Source: Deltaproteobacteria bacterium (GTDB lineage Bacteria > Desulfobacterota_D > UBA1144 > Nemesobacterales > CSP1-2). Taken from it: a stretch of DNA of 64,000 nucleotides. The translations under genes and the position numbers were made by a program. Positions 1 through 10,284 of the stretch are shown one piece after another. Under the pieces are notes generated by a model, which saw only the letters and a list, made by a program, of their open reading frames with translations, made no database searches and was not told the DNA's origin. The DNA lies in NCBI GenBank assembly GCA_052390235.1, contig JBQTHB010000005.1, positions 416,001 through 480,000 on the forward strand, in the 5' to 3' direction. Position 1 is the first letter of the stretch; each line of letters begins with the position of its first letter.

Positions 1-1013
1 ATGATGCGCACGTCCGATGAAACGGTCTTTGAACTGCCTACGCGCTCAAATTTCTTCTCTTGAAGCACCCGCAGGAGTTTCATCTGAGTCGAGACGGGAA
101 TATCGCCCATTTCATCGAGGAAAATTGTTCCCCCGTCGGCAAGCTCGAATCTCCCCTTGCGCTCGTAGGACGCCCCTGTGAAAGAGCCTTTCTCGTGTCC
201 GAAAAGCTCGGATTCAAGCAGTGTGTCGGGCAGGGCGGCGCAGTTTAGCTTCACGAATGGCCCGCTGGCTCTGGGGCTATTGTAATGCACGGCGCGCGCT
301 ATGAGTTCCTTGCCCGTGCCGCTTTCGCCTCTGATGAAAACCGTGGCGGCTGTGGCGGCTACGCGGTGGACGGTCTCGGATATTTCTTTCATCTTATCGC
401 TTTGGCCGACTACGTTATCGAGGCTATATTTTATTTGAAGCTCCCGCTCAAGCCGGTTTTTCTCTTCGAGGAGTTTTTCGCGCTCCCTGTCCACTCTATT
501 GGCGAGTTCTATGGTCTGCGAAATGAGAGATGCGACCATGGTCAGCACTCTGAGTCCCTCTTCCATCGTGAACGAGACCTCTTCCCTAAAAAACGATACT
601 CCCAAAACCCCCGTAATTTTGTCGCGCATCTTTATGGGAACGTAAATACAGGAGATTGTCCGCCTCGGCTTTGGCTCAAGCCTCACATAATTGCCGAGTT
701 CGGGCTCTTCCCGAATGTCCGGTATGACCATCGGCGAGCCTGATTTAAACACCTTGCCGGCTATCCCCTCGCCCACTCTGTAGGTGTGGAGGCGTTTTTC
801 TTCTTCCTTCATTCCGAGTGCGATGAACGTGGAAAGCTCCCTTGTCTGCGGGTTGTAGAGGGCAACCGTGCCGTGCTTCATCTCGATAAATTTATCGAGG
901 ATGTTCATGACGGCGTCGAGCGATTGCCTGAGGTCGAGCGTGGAGGTTAGTACCTTGCCCACTTCATAAATAGTGGTCAGCTCCAGCACCTTGGCGCTGA
1001 ATTCGGTTTTCAT
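1..1013 (-). CDS. NifA-like GAF-domain sigma54-dependent transcriptional activator (3' end outside window)
   Basis: Manual minus-strand translation from ATG at 1013: [20 protein letters not shown]..., GAF region (GEGIAGKVF), Walker [31 protein letters not shown]. Missing from the ORF track because it runs off the window edge. Confidence 0.9.
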   Translation of the reverse strand, partial: MKTEFSAKVLELTTIYEVGKVLTSTLDLRQSLDAVMNILDKFIEMKHGTVALYNPQTRELSTFIALGMKEEEKRLHTYRVGEGIAGKVFKSGSPMVIPDIREEPELGNYVRLEPKPRRTISCIYVPIKMRDKITGVLGVSFFREEVSFTMEEGLRVLTMVASLISQTIELANRVDREREKLLEEKNRLERELQIKYSLDNVVGQSDKMKEISETVHRVAATAATVFIRGESGTGKELIARAVHYNSPRASGPFVKLNCAALPDTLLESELFGHEKGSFTGASYERKGRFELADGGTIFLDEMGDIPVSTQMKLLRVLQEKKFERVGSSKTVSSDVRI

Positions 1014-1069
1014 GTTGGCGGGCGCAAAGATAGTGTATTCTCCTAGAGAGACAATAATGTTGTAGCTGT

Positions 1070-1085
1070 TGCAACTAATATGCCA
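1070..1085 (-). promoter_or_regulatory. sigma54 (-24/-12) promoter upstream of the NifA-like gene
   Basis: Minus strand reads TGGCATATTAGTTGCA, giving GG-N10-GC with correct spacing, about 57 nt upstream of the ATG. Confidence 0.7.
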
Positions 1086-1201
1086 CAGTATAACTAGCGG
1101 GGATTATTAGATATTTTGTTTCTTGGCAGGGACTTCTGCCTAAGGTTTAAGCATCCAAGTCGCATCCAGAGGCATATCGGCTAGGGTTTAGTTCTCAGAT
1201 T

Positions 1202-1969
1202 CTATAGCACAATCTCCATCCCGTCCTTGAGCGCGGTGAGCGGCAGGGTTCTGGACAGTTTGCGAAGCTCCCCAAGCACCTCTTTTCTGTAGAACGGTTT
1301 TATGTGCGTTGCGAATATTTCCACGTCTGGGCGCTCTAGCTTTTCAAACTCCCTTGCAAGCAGACTCGGCGTCAGGTGCCGGGTCAGCTTTGCCAAGTCC
1401 TCAAGCCGGTTCGGAAACGACGATTCCATTATTACGGCTTTTAGCCTCTTCTCGCCCCGAATTCGCTCCCAGAAAATGTCCGTGAGGTAGCTATCAGCGG
1501 CGAAGGCGAAAGCCGCTCTTCCATCGTCTATGAGATAGCCGACCGCAGGCACGGTGTGATTAACCGGTATTGCCGTAACCGAATATCCTCCTATCTCCAG
1601 CCGCTCAAAGGGGCGGATGATTCTATAGGAGAGGGTCTTGTCGGTCTCGTTGGGGATTTCCGAGAAATCGGGCCAGAGCTTTCCATTGAGCAGGTGGTCT
1701 GAGATGTACTCGACACTGTCCCGGATACCGTGGAGAACTACGGGGTCTTTCCTTATAAAGAAGTTAAGCTCGGTGAGAAACGGCAGATTTGCGATGTGGT
1801 CAATGTGAGGGTGAGTGATGAGGATGTTGTCAATTTTCCCGCACTCTATCGGGGTTAGAACGTCCGTAGCCGCCCCGCAGTCGAGTAGCAACTTTCCGTC
1901 AACTAGAAACGAGGTGGTTCTCGAATTCTTAGCCTGACTGCCGCCGCATCCGAGAATGGATATCAGCAT
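1202..1969 (-). CDS. Metallo-beta-lactamase-fold hydrolase, class II cyclic-nucleotide phosphodiesterase-like
   Basis: LGCGGS N-terminus, THPHIDH metal motif, VNHTVPAVG, ESSFPN, HLTP, THIKP. Start placed at ATG 1969, which follows GAGGGC. Confidence 0.8.
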   Translation of the reverse strand: MLISILGCGGSQAKNSRTTSFLVDGKLLLDCGAATDVLTPIECGKIDNILITHPHIDHIANLPFLTELNFFIRKDPVVLHGIRDSVEYISDHLLNGKLWPDFSEIPNETDKTLSYRIIRPFERLEIGGYSVTAIPVNHTVPAVGYLIDDGRAAFAFAADSYLTDIFWERIRGEKRLKAVIMESSFPNRLEDLAKLTRHLTPSLLAREFEKLERPDVEIFATHIKPFYRKEVLGELRKLSRTLPLTALKDGMEIVL

Positions 1970-2343
1970 ATAGTTGCCCTCGCCGCTCGTTGGGAAGTTT
2001 TGCAGGATATCAAAAGGAGGGGATTGCCGCACGGCGCGCCGGGGGCGACACTTGAAATCCTAGGGTGTAAGTCAACAGAGCCGCTCCTGGGGTTCGTATT
2101 TCTCATGATGGGGTCTAAATCCGGCAAAGAGGGGAATCGAATGAGAGACTGCTCGCTCCGCAGGGTCATGTGCTTGCCTAGGCGAAAACACTGTTGGATT
2201 TATTCGAGATGATTATCATAACGCAACTTTATTTTCAATCATTATATACTTTTTGACAAAAAAAATACATCGCTCCGTTGGCAAGGGGAAATTCTCTCGC
2301 GCTAGAGATTCCCCGCTTCAGGGCATTTGGCATCGCGGCTCGA

Positions 2344-3366
2344 TTATTCCCTAAATAGCCCGCTTTGCCCGAACGGGGATTTGAGTTTAAGGTGCAGATA
2401 CGCAGCGGGAGTCGCCGTGCGCCCGCGCGGGGTCTTGGCAAGAAGCCCCTGCCTGATGAGAAACGGCTCATAGACGTCTTCGATGGTGTCCTTGTCCTCA
2501 GAGATAGCGGCGGCGATGGTCTCAATCCCCACGGGGCCCCCTCGGAACTTCTCGATGATGGCAAGCAAAATCGCCCTGTCGGTGTCGTCGAGTCCTAGCG
2601 AGTCCACCTCGAGCATCCCAAGCGCTTCCCTTGACACCTCAAGCGTGATAGCGCCGTCCGCTTTGACCTCGGCAAAATCTCTCACACGCCGAAGCAGGCG
2701 GTTGGCTATTCTGGGAGTGCCGCGCGCGCGCTTTGAGATTTCCCCCGCTCCGTCCTCGGAAATCCCAACGCCCAGAATCCTCGCCGAGCGCCTGATGATT
2801 CCGGCAAGCTCCTCAGGGGTGTAGTAGTCGAGCCGCAGGTCAACGCCGAATCGCGAGCGCAGCGGGGAGGTTATAAGCCCCGTCCGCGTCGTGGCGCCGA
2901 TGAGGGTGAATTTCTGTATCCCAATTTTCATAGATTTCGCCGAGGGACCCTCGCCTATCATGAGGTCAATTTTGTAGTCCTCCATAGCCGAGTAGAGATA
3001 TTCCTCTACAATGCGGCTCAGGCGGTGAATTTCATCAATAAAAAGCACGTCCCGTTCGCCGAGGTTCGTGAGGATAGAGGCGAGGTCTGCTATCCGTTCT
3101 ATGACGGGTCCAGAGGTGGAGTAGATTTTGACCCCCAGCTCGTTTGCGACTATGTTGGCGAGGGTGGTTTTGCCAAGTCCCGGTGGGCCATAGAGCAGGG
3201 CGTGGTCGAGGGCTTCGCGCCTACGCCGGGCGGCTTCGATAAATATGCCGATTTTCTCTTTCACCCTCTCCTGCCCAAGGTAGTCCCGAAGCCTTTCCGG
3301 GCGCAGCGAGGATTCAATGCGGCTCTCCTCTTCTTCTCTCTCTGGGGCGACGACTCTACTGTCCAT
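2344..3366 (-). CDS. ruvB: Holliday junction branch migration helicase RuvB
   Basis: [50 protein letters not shown]...TPRGR. Confidence 0.98.
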   Translation of the reverse strand: MDSRVVAPEREEEESRIESSLRPERLRDYLGQERVKEKIGIFIEAARRRREALDHALLYGPPGLGKTTLANIVANELGVKIYSTSGPVIERIADLASILTNLGERDVLFIDEIHRLSRIVEEYLYSAMEDYKIDLMIGEGPSAKSMKIGIQKFTLIGATTRTGLITSPLRSRFGVDLRLDYYTPEELAGIIRRSARILGVGISEDGAGEISKRARGTPRIANRLLRRVRDFAEVKADGAITLEVSREALGMLEVDSLGLDDTDRAILLAIIEKFRGGPVGIETIAAAISEDKDTIEDVYEPFLIRQGLLAKTPRGRTATPAAYLHLKLKSPFGQSGLFRE

Positions 3367-3580
3367 GGCGCATATAAAATACCATTTCGAGAGTAGGAAT
3401 TCATTTGTTTCGGATGATTTCTGAACTAAAGAGATAATGCGCGCTTCATTATTGCCATTTCGAGTCCTGATACCGTCCCCCGCGTGTCGCGAGAAATCCT
3501 AGCCTCCGCTCTTGACGAACTGGGATTTCTAGGACAGATTCTAGGGGCGTTTCATCTACGTCTGGAGGGGGGATGAAGAG

Positions 3581-4093
3581 ATGAGATATTTCTATCCTGC
3601 GCTGGGGTTCGTCTGTGCCGCCGCGCTGATTTGCTCATGCGCCGCGCTGAGCCAAAGGCACGAGCCTGAGGCTAAAAAAGCCCATTCTCTGCGCCCCCCT
3701 TTCCCGCTTTATTCCTTCGAGCAGGCGATACTCATAGACAACATCACCGCCGAAAAGGTCAAACTCGTCCCCTCGCATATTAAATATCCATACATCAGTA
3801 TTGCCCCGAAACAGCCGCTAATGATTCAATTCACCGTCGAGGCGAGGAAGTTTTTCGACCCCGACGGCGGAATTGCCGAATATGCCAAGGTATCCGGCAG
3901 TCCCTATGTTTCGATGCGCGGCACGGAGGCTTTCGTCAGATTCCAAACCGCAGGCGGCGAGACGAGAGACTACACGGTCGCCCTCGGCAACTGCTGGTTT
4001 GATGAAAGCGCCGCGCATTCCTCTGTGCATCTGCTTAAAGTGGGCATGGAAAATCCAGACGCGAAAACCCCTCATCTAAATCTCTGCGAGTAA
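3581..4093 (+). CDS. Hypothetical predicted lipoprotein
   Basis: 170-aa ORF with purine-rich RBS and a hydrophobic N-terminus ending in a lipobox-like ICSC. Confidence 0.6.
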   Translation: MRYFYPALGFVCAAALICSCAALSQRHEPEAKKAHSLRPPFPLYSFEQAILIDNITAEKVKLVPSHIKYPYISIAPKQPLMIQFTVEARKFFDPDGGIAEYAKVSGSPYVSMRGTEAFVRFQTAGGETRDYTVALGNCWFDESAAHSSVHLLKVGMENPDAKTPHLNLCE

Positions 4094-4135
4094 GGGCAGA
4101 CGCGCTTTGGGATTTCCTCTGATGCTCCCCCCCCG

Positions 4136-4165
4136 TTGACTCGAATCCCCGCCGTTTGATATAAT
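4136..4165 (+). promoter_or_regulatory. sigma70 promoter of the caspase operon
   Basis: TTGACT (4136-4141), 18-nt spacer, extended -10 TGaTATAAT (TATAAT at 4160-4165). Confidence 0.65.
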
Positions 4166-4199
4166 GCTAAGACACCATTAATTACGGGAGGTGTTACCC

Positions 4200-4787
4200 A
4201 TGCCGTGCCGCTTGATTTTATCCAACCCCGAAGGTGAAACCGGAGTCAAAGCCGTAGGGGATAACGTTTTCCTAGGCGACCTTCCCTCCGATAGCGAGGT
4301 TTATTTATTCTACTACCCCGGCTCAATGCCAAATGCCGAAATCGAAGACGGGCTTAAAAATTTGGGAGAGATAACCGGAAACAACCTCTTCGTTAACATC
4401 GGCAGGCTCAACGACCCCGATTACGCCAAAATCGCCGCCACCTTTGAGATAAAAAAATTCCCCGTAATTGTTATGACGGCCCATCGGGGGTTAGCGTCGC
4501 CGCCGTCCGAGGCAGTAACGGCGTATGTGAGGATTGACGACAAGCGGCTCATGACCTCCTCTGCCGACCTAATGGAGTGCGTGCAGACCCTATTTAACCT
4601 CTTCATCATGAATCAAATCGCCTCCGCCATGGAGGAATATCAAAGCGCAAAGCGAGATAAGCTCATCTCGGATATAAAAAATATCGCCGCCAGAGCCTTG
4701 AGCGCGCTGGGCGGCTATTTAGCGAAACTGGAGCTGAGCGTTTCGCTTCTCGATGGAAAATTCGAGCTGAAGCAGAGCGGAGATTAA
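4200..4787 (+). CDS. Hypothetical protein, possible thioredoxin-like fold lacking CxxC
   Basis: GGAGG RBS 8 nt before ATG 4200. Pattern VYLFYYP...FVNIG...IAATFEIKKFPVIVM recalls a thioredoxin fold with its cis-Pro loop. Confidence 0.6.
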   Translation: MPCRLILSNPEGETGVKAVGDNVFLGDLPSDSEVYLFYYPGSMPNAEIEDGLKNLGEITGNNLFVNIGRLNDPDYAKIAATFEIKKFPVIVMTAHRGLASPPSEAVTAYVRIDDKRLMTSSADLMECVQTLFNLFIMNQIASAMEEYQSAKRDKLISDIKNIAARALSALGGYLAKLELSVSLLDGKFELKQSGD

Positions 4788-4790
4788 CTC

Positions 4791-6026
4791 ATGCCTGAGC
4801 CTAGGCGCAGGGCTATGATTATCGGAATAAACGATTACACGGATAATAGTATTCCCGCGCTCAAAGGGTGCGAGGGCGACTGCGCCGAGATTCACGACAA
4901 ATTAACCGAGAGTGGATATGAAATTTTGCCCAAGCACTACCTGCGCGGCACGGAGGCTACGTCCGGGGCGATTCGAGAGGCTGTGAGCGACCTATTTTGG
5001 GAGGCTGACCCCTGCGACGTTGTGCTTTTCTATTTTTCAGGGCATGGGATTGTTGACGGCTACGGCAGGGGCTACCTTGCGCCGCGCGATATGAAAATGG
5101 ACAAACCCTTTGTCAACGGGATACCGATGCGAGAGATTCGAGACATCGTCATTGGCTCGCCGGGCAAATCCACTGTGCTTATGATTCTCGACTGCTGCCA
5201 CAGCGGTATTGCGATTAAAGACGCTAAAGGCGGGGACGAAGACGTGGGGCAAGCCTTTGGAGCGCAGTTAAAGAGCCTGTCGGCGGGCAACGGCAGGTGC
5301 ATACTCGCCTCCTCCCGCGCTGAACAGAAATCTAAGGAAAAGGAATTTACCGTTAACGGGCGAACGCGCCATTACGGGGAATTCTCCTATCATCTGATAC
5401 AGGGACTGGGCGGCGAGGCATCGGACGATAGCGGCGTAATAACGCTCGGCAGGCTGAATGAGTATTTGGAGGGCAAATTCTCCGGGGCGGCGCAAAAGCC
5501 TATTGTCGAGTTCTCTGGCAGCGATATAAGCAAAATTCAAATCGCCGTAGCCTCCAGCAAGCACGAGCAATTTATCCTGGAGAAGCTGGAAGAAGCGGAG
5601 CGCTTATTCAATGATAGAGATTTATCCTGCCTGATTTCATGCGTCGAGATTATCTTGAAAATAACGCCGGAGGTTCGCCTTAGTAATAGAGAGGTACTCG
5701 CTTTTATTGCGAAAGTTGATGCCGCTCTCCCGATTCACAAGCAAAATATCGGTGATTGGATAAGCGACAATCAAACAGACGTGAGACCTAGACTTATGCC
5801 GCTCTTTCAAAACGTCATTTTAAAGATAGATAGTCATATAAACTTTGAGGGGATTTCTAAATTGGACAAAACCCACAAAAATATTCTCCTGCTTTTGTTT
5901 AATGTCCAATCTGGGGAATTGTCTGTGCCTCAGTTTATAGAAAAATGCCAGAGGTACAATCAGCCATCCGCCGCCCAGTCTCCGTCGTCTAGTTTAACGA
6001 CTCAAGCCAGGGGGGTGTTATCTTGA
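4791..6026 (+). CDS. Caspase-family (peptidase C14) protease with unknown C-terminal domain
   Basis: RRAMIIGINDY, LFYFSGHG (catalytic His), ILDCCHSG (catalytic Cys), ILASSRAEQKS, GEFSYHLIQGL, QKP. Confidence 0.9.
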   Translation: MPEPRRRAMIIGINDYTDNSIPALKGCEGDCAEIHDKLTESGYEILPKHYLRGTEATSGAIREAVSDLFWEADPCDVVLFYFSGHGIVDGYGRGYLAPRDMKMDKPFVNGIPMREIRDIVIGSPGKSTVLMILDCCHSGIAIKDAKGGDEDVGQAFGAQLKSLSAGNGRCILASSRAEQKSKEKEFTVNGRTRHYGEFSYHLIQGLGGEASDDSGVITLGRLNEYLEGKFSGAAQKPIVEFSGSDISKIQIAVASSKHEQFILEKLEEAERLFNDRDLSCLISCVEIILKITPEVRLSNREVLAFIAKVDAALPIHKQNIGDWISDNQTDVRPRLMPLFQNVILKIDSHINFEGISKLDKTHKNILLLLFNVQSGELSVPQFIEKCQRYNQPSAAQSPSSSLTTQARGVLS

Positions 6027-7150
6027 GTGAAAACGCCGACGCTTACAACGAGCAGGGAAACGCCCTTGTCAATTCTGGCAGGTATGAGGACGCGATTAAA
6101 TTCTACGACAAAGCCATAGAGCTTGACCCCGCCTACGTTTGGGCGCGGCGAAACAAAGGCTTGGCTCTCTCCAAGATGGGAAAGCGCGAGGAAGCTCTGA
6201 AACTCTACGACGAGGCTCTCGATATAGACCCCAATTACACCGACGCGTGGAACGACAAGGGAGTCGCGCTCTACTATCTCTTTCGAGATAAAGAAGCCCT
6301 TGAGTGCTACGACAAAGCCCTAGAGCTAGACCCCAATTATTTTGACGCGAACTATAACAAAGCCCTCGCCCTTTACAACTCGGGCGGATACGAAGAAGCC
6401 CAAAAATCCTTTGAGCGCGCTCTGGAGATTCGTCCCGACGACACTTGGACGCATTCAAGCCTCGCAAACACCCTCGTGAAACTAGGTAAGCTCGACGATG
6501 CCAAATCTCACGCCGCCCGCGCCGTCGCCACTGCCCCGCAAGACCCATACGCGCTGATTGCCGAGGGAAACCTCTATGATGCTCTAGGAAATTACGCCGC
6601 CGCCGAGGAGAGCTACCAACGAGCCGTTGACCTCGACGCTAAAAATATAGACGCTCTACACGCCATCGGACTTCTCTATGCCGAGCATACATTTGAATTC
6701 GACAAATCTCTGGGCATCTGGCGTCGGATATTTGAAATCAACCCCGCGAGCGCCTCGGCAAAGGCTAATTTGGCCGATATTCTCATTCAAACCGCAAACT
6801 CGGAGGAGGGGCGGCGCTACGCATCCGAATTACTCAAGGAAACTCAGAACGCCGAATACCGCATATTCCTCAAGTTTCTCATCGCCGCGTCTCATCTAAT
6901 GGACGGGGATAGAGAAGGGGGCGCGAGGGCGCTTGCCGAATTTTTCGCTGAATATAGGGCAGATGAGAATCTCAAGCTCGGAGAGGGAAAGTGGGTGTTT
7001 AAGAGCTGGTTTAAATCAATTAGTGAGCGAGCCGTCCCGCTGGATGTGCGGTTCTTGCTCCTCTCATTGATTGACCTCATGCAGGGCAGAATTGACTGGC
7101 GGAAACTCTCGTTCTTCTCGGGCGGGAAAGCTGAAAGCAGTTTTTCGTAG
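6023..7150 (+). CDS. Tetratricopeptide repeat protein
   Basis: About seven tandem 34-aa TPRs (e.g. AWNDKGVALYYLFRDKEALECYDKALELDPNY). TTG start overlaps the caspase stop by 4 bp. Confidence 0.9.
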   Translation: MSENADAYNEQGNALVNSGRYEDAIKFYDKAIELDPAYVWARRNKGLALSKMGKREEALKLYDEALDIDPNYTDAWNDKGVALYYLFRDKEALECYDKALELDPNYFDANYNKALALYNSGGYEEAQKSFERALEIRPDDTWTHSSLANTLVKLGKLDDAKSHAARAVATAPQDPYALIAEGNLYDALGNYAAAEESYQRAVDLDAKNIDALHAIGLLYAEHTFEFDKSLGIWRRIFEINPASASAKANLADILIQTANSEEGRRYASELLKETQNAEYRIFLKFLIAASHLMDGDREGGARALAEFFAEYRADENLKLGEGKWVFKSWFKSISERAVPLDVRFLLLSLIDLMQGRIDWRKLSFFSGGKAESSFS

Positions 7151-7196
7151 GCTGTGAAGAGTCTTAAAACTAACCACTGACCACTCGCCACTGCCT

Positions 7197-7796
7197 TCAA
7201 CCCCGGCGCATGATTTTAAGCGACTCCCTCAGTGCCCCCTCGATGCTCCTATCCCCTGCCGCCGCTTCTTCTATCTGGAGAATCCGCTCGTCAATTTCGG
7301 GCTTCGTGTAGCCTAGGTTCAGGAGCGCCGAGATTACGTCCCCCAGAATCCCGTGCTTTGTCTCCGGCGTTCCGTCTCCGCCGCCGCTCAACTGGAGTTT
7401 GGGCATTTTATCCTTCAGTTCCGTAACGAGCCTCGAAGCGAGCTTTGCCCCGATGCCGGGGATTTTTTTCTTTGTAATCTCCCCCGATGAAATCAGCGCG
7501 GCAATCTCCACCGGGGAAACGCTTGAGAGGATATTTCCGGCAACCCTTGCGCCCACGCCGGAGACGCCGATAAGGGCGAGAAATATTTTGCGCTCGTCCT
7601 CTGTGAGGAATCCGTAGAGGTCAATTGCGTCTTCCTTTACCTGAGTGTGGATTTTAAGCTCTGCCTCCGCTCCGGTCTCTGGCAGTCGGTAGTAGGTCGA
7701 AAGGGGAGTCGTAACCCCATAGCCCACGCCGTGGACGTCGAGGACGATTTTTCCGACGGCTTTCTCGGCTATTATCCCTCTAAGAAGGTATATCAT
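7197..7796 (-). CDS. ruvA: Holliday junction DNA-binding protein RuvA
   Basis: MIYLLRG, DVHGVGYGV, EDAIDLYGF, VSGVGA, IPGIG, ALLNLGY. Confidence 0.97.
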   Translation of the reverse strand: MIYLLRGIIAEKAVGKIVLDVHGVGYGVTTPLSTYYRLPETGAEAELKIHTQVKEDAIDLYGFLTEDERKIFLALIGVSGVGARVAGNILSSVSPVEIAALISSGEITKKKIPGIGAKLASRLVTELKDKMPKLQLSGGGDGTPETKHGILGDVISALLNLGYTKPEIDERILQIEEAAAGDRSIEGALRESLKIMRRG

Positions 7797-8325
7797 GTTC
7801 CGTCCATCTCCTCCGTCTGCCCCTTGGTTTAGGTGTGTCTAGCCCAATTTTTGCCTTGGTCTCGCTGAGATTTATATGGCAGATGGCGATGGCTACGGCA
7901 TCGGAAACATCCGCCCTTTTCCATTCCGGGATGCCGAGGATTCTGGAGATAATATCCTGCACTTGGAGCTTGCTCGCTCTCCCCCTGCCGGTGAGGGCGA
8001 GTTTCACCTCGGTTGGGGCGTATTCATAGACGGGGATTTCTGAGACAGAGGCGGCTAGAATCGCCACCCCTCTGGCTTCGCCGAGTTTCAGGGCGGATTT
8101 TGCGTTTTTGGCGAAAAACACGCCTTCTATCGAGGCGGCATCGGGGCGGCATCGGGCCATGACCTCTCTTAGCCCTTCGTAAATGGTTTTGAGCCTCGAT
8201 GCAAACGGGGCGGTCTGAGGGGGAGCGATGCACCCGCTCTCGATGTGCCTAAGCTCTCCTCCCTCGATTTCCAGCACTCCGTAGCCGCACACCCTAGAGC
8301 CGGGGTCTATCCCTATAACCCTCAT
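7780..8325 (-). CDS. ruvC: Crossover junction endodeoxyribonuclease RuvC
   Basis: IGIDPG, KLGEARG, EYAPTEVK, DVSDAVAIAICH. Confidence 0.97.
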   Translation of the reverse strand: MRVIGIDPGSRVCGYGVLEIEGGELRHIESGCIAPPQTAPFASRLKTIYEGLREVMARCRPDAASIEGVFFAKNAKSALKLGEARGVAILAASVSEIPVYEYAPTEVKLALTGRGRASKLQVQDIISRILGIPEWKRADVSDAVAIAICHINLSETKAKIGLDTPKPRGRRRRWTEHDIPS

Positions 8326-8330
8326 CGGAG

Positions 8331-9074
8331 CTATCCGAACGCCTGCATCACTTCGTCGGGTATGTCGAAGTTGGAATAGACATTCTGAACGTCGTCCGAA
8401 TCTTCGAGGGCTTCCATGAGCCGTAGCATCTGCTCGGCTTCCTTGCCCTCGACCCTCACGTTGTTCTGAGGGATCATCGTAACTTCGGCTGAGGTCGCTT
8501 TCATTCCCCAGGCTTCAATGGCGGATTTTACCTCTTCAAAGGCGTCCGGCATGGTGATGACGACAAACTCCCCGTCCTCTTCCTTTACGTCGTCGGCTCC
8601 GGCTTCGAGGGCTACCTCGAATAGTTTGTCCTCGTCCGTCGGGGCTTTATCGAATACAATTCTGCCCTTTTTCGCAAAAGACCACGACACGCATCCCGCC
8701 TCGCCGAGGTTGCCGCCGTGTTTGGTGAATATTCTGCGGATTTCGGATACGGTGCGGTTTCTATTGTCCGTAAGCACCTCGACAATGACGGCAGTGCCGC
8801 CGGGTCCATAGCCCTCGTAGGAGATTTCGTGAAGCTCCTCGCCGGACAACTCCCCCGTGCCGCGCTTGATTGCCCGGTCAATGGTGTCTTTAGCCATGTT
8901 CTGGCTTCTGGCGGTTGAAATGGCAATCCTAAGCCGGGGATTGATGCCGGGGTCGCCTCCCATTCTTGCGGCGATTGTAAGCTCCCTGATTAGTTTAGTG
9001 AACGCCTTGCCCCTTTTGGCGTCAACGGCGGCTTTCCTGTGTTTAATATTTGCCCATTTAGAATGACCTGACAT
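8331..9074 (-). CDS. yebC: YebC/PmpR family protein
   Basis: [38 protein letters not shown], directly upstream of ruvC. Confidence 0.96.
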   Translation of the reverse strand: MSGHSKWANIKHRKAAVDAKRGKAFTKLIRELTIAARMGGDPGINPRLRIAISTARSQNMAKDTIDRAIKRGTGELSGEELHEISYEGYGPGGTAVIVEVLTDNRNRTVSEIRRIFTKHGGNLGEAGCVSWSFAKKGRIVFDKAPTDEDKLFEVALEAGADDVKEEDGEFVVITMPDAFEEVKSAIEAWGMKATSAEVTMIPQNNVRVEGKEAEQMLRLMEALEDSDDVQNVYSNFDIPDEVMQAFG

Positions 9075-9203
9075 ACGGAAATCACCCCTTGTAAAGTGTC
9101 TTTGCAATGTAGAATATCAGTTTCCCAAATAACTGTAAAGAGAGTATGGCGGAGCGGGGAAATCCACAGAATCTGCGATTATTCAGAATCTCCGCATCCC
9201 GAT

Positions 9204-10076
9204 TTAATTCACCCTCCGAACCTTGACGCTTATGGGTTGCTCTCCTGGGATTTCCGTAACTATCGTCCCCAAGGGTTTGCCGGAGTTAATTTCCCCGGCG
9301 GTAAGGGTCTTGGCGGATGGATAGATTTTTTGTCCTCGGAGCGGCTCAAAGCCGAATTCGAGAGTCGCTTCCTTGGGGAGTCCGAACACCTCGGCGGTGA
9401 TTGTCGCGGGCTTTCCCGTGCCGACATCGCCCACTTGGATGTTGTAGCCCCAGGTTTTCAGATTGGTGTTGAGGAAGCCGCCGTCCGGTTTCTTGAGGCT
9501 CACTCTGGCAAGCCCCTCGGCGTTTACGACATCCGGCGATAAATTATAGAATTTCACCGCAATTTGATTGTTCTTTAGGGCAATGACGTCTCCGGCGACG
9601 AATTTATTGCGTTTCACATCAAATATGCCGATGCGAAAACTCCCCGGCTCGGATATCTCAGTCTTTGGCAGGAGGAACGTCGCGTTAAGCTCCCCGAATA
9701 TGATTTCAGGCTCGCCCACGGGCTGGAGTTTCCCGGCCTGGGCGGGGGTTTTCTCCTTCACCCTCGATATTCGCACGCTCCCGTTTTTCCCGGAAGCTAT
9801 CAGGGCGGCGTCCCCTGAGCCGAGCGCAGGCACGATGAGTTTCTGCCATCCGTCAACTTCCGTGATTTTTATCTTCGCTTTCTTATCGAACCCCTCGCCG
9901 CGGAAGATTTTTACGGCATTCACTTTGCCGGTGTGCCAGGGGTTGATTAATATCTCCCCCGAGAGGTCGGTAAACCCCACTTCGGCGTAGAACGGTTCTG
10001 CGGCGCTTGGTAGCCCGGATGCGAGCCACCAGACCGAAAGGACTATTAAAATTGCTGAATAGTTAATTTTCCTCAT
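9204..10076 (-). CDS. Secreted hypothetical protein
   Basis: 290 aa, signal peptide (MRKINYSAILIVLSVWWLASGLPSAA), beta-rich composition. Confidence 0.7.
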   Translation of the reverse strand: MRKINYSAILIVLSVWWLASGLPSAAEPFYAEVGFTDLSGEILINPWHTGKVNAVKIFRGEGFDKKAKIKITEVDGWQKLIVPALGSGDAALIASGKNGSVRISRVKEKTPAQAGKLQPVGEPEIIFGELNATFLLPKTEISEPGSFRIGIFDVKRNKFVAGDVIALKNNQIAVKFYNLSPDVVNAEGLARVSLKKPDGGFLNTNLKTWGYNIQVGDVGTGKPATITAEVFGLPKEATLEFGFEPLRGQKIYPSAKTLTAGEINSGKPLGTIVTEIPGEQPISVKVRRVN

Positions 10077-10208
10077 TAATTTACGCCCCCCCTTCTCTCA
10101 TATTATCATAGCGCGAATTTCAATTCTATAAAATTTATTATAACCCTCTGAAATTGCATGATATATCCATCCTTAGTCATCGGGCGGATGAAAAATCCCT
10201 ATTGACAC

Positions 10209-10255
10209 ACACAACATATTGTGGCTAAATCGAGATAGCACACAACATATCTAGA
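10209..10255 (+). promoter_or_regulatory. Tandem NrdR boxes overlapping the nrdJ promoter
   Basis: ACACAACATATTGTGG at 10209 and ACACAACATATCTAGA at 10240, 31 bp apart, resembling acaCwAtATaTwGtgt. TTGACA at 10202-10207. Confidence 0.8.
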
Positions 10256-10284
10256 TTTAAATTAAAAAGGAGGTGAATTTATAG

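Noticed and set aside
60..743. Plus-strand ORFs 60-248 and 285-743
   Set aside because: Antisense shadows of the NifA-like gene.
1124..1140. Second sigma54-like motif TTGGCAGGGACTTCTGC on the + strand
   Set aside because: GG-to-GC spacing is 11 rather than 10 nt, and there is no downstream + strand gene.
2000..2240. Possible riboswitch or ncRNA upstream of the phosphodiesterase-like gene
   Set aside because: GGGTCTAA and GGCAAA fragments are in the wrong order and strand for a c-di-GMP-I aptamer. No convincing structure by eye, so an Rfam scan is needed.
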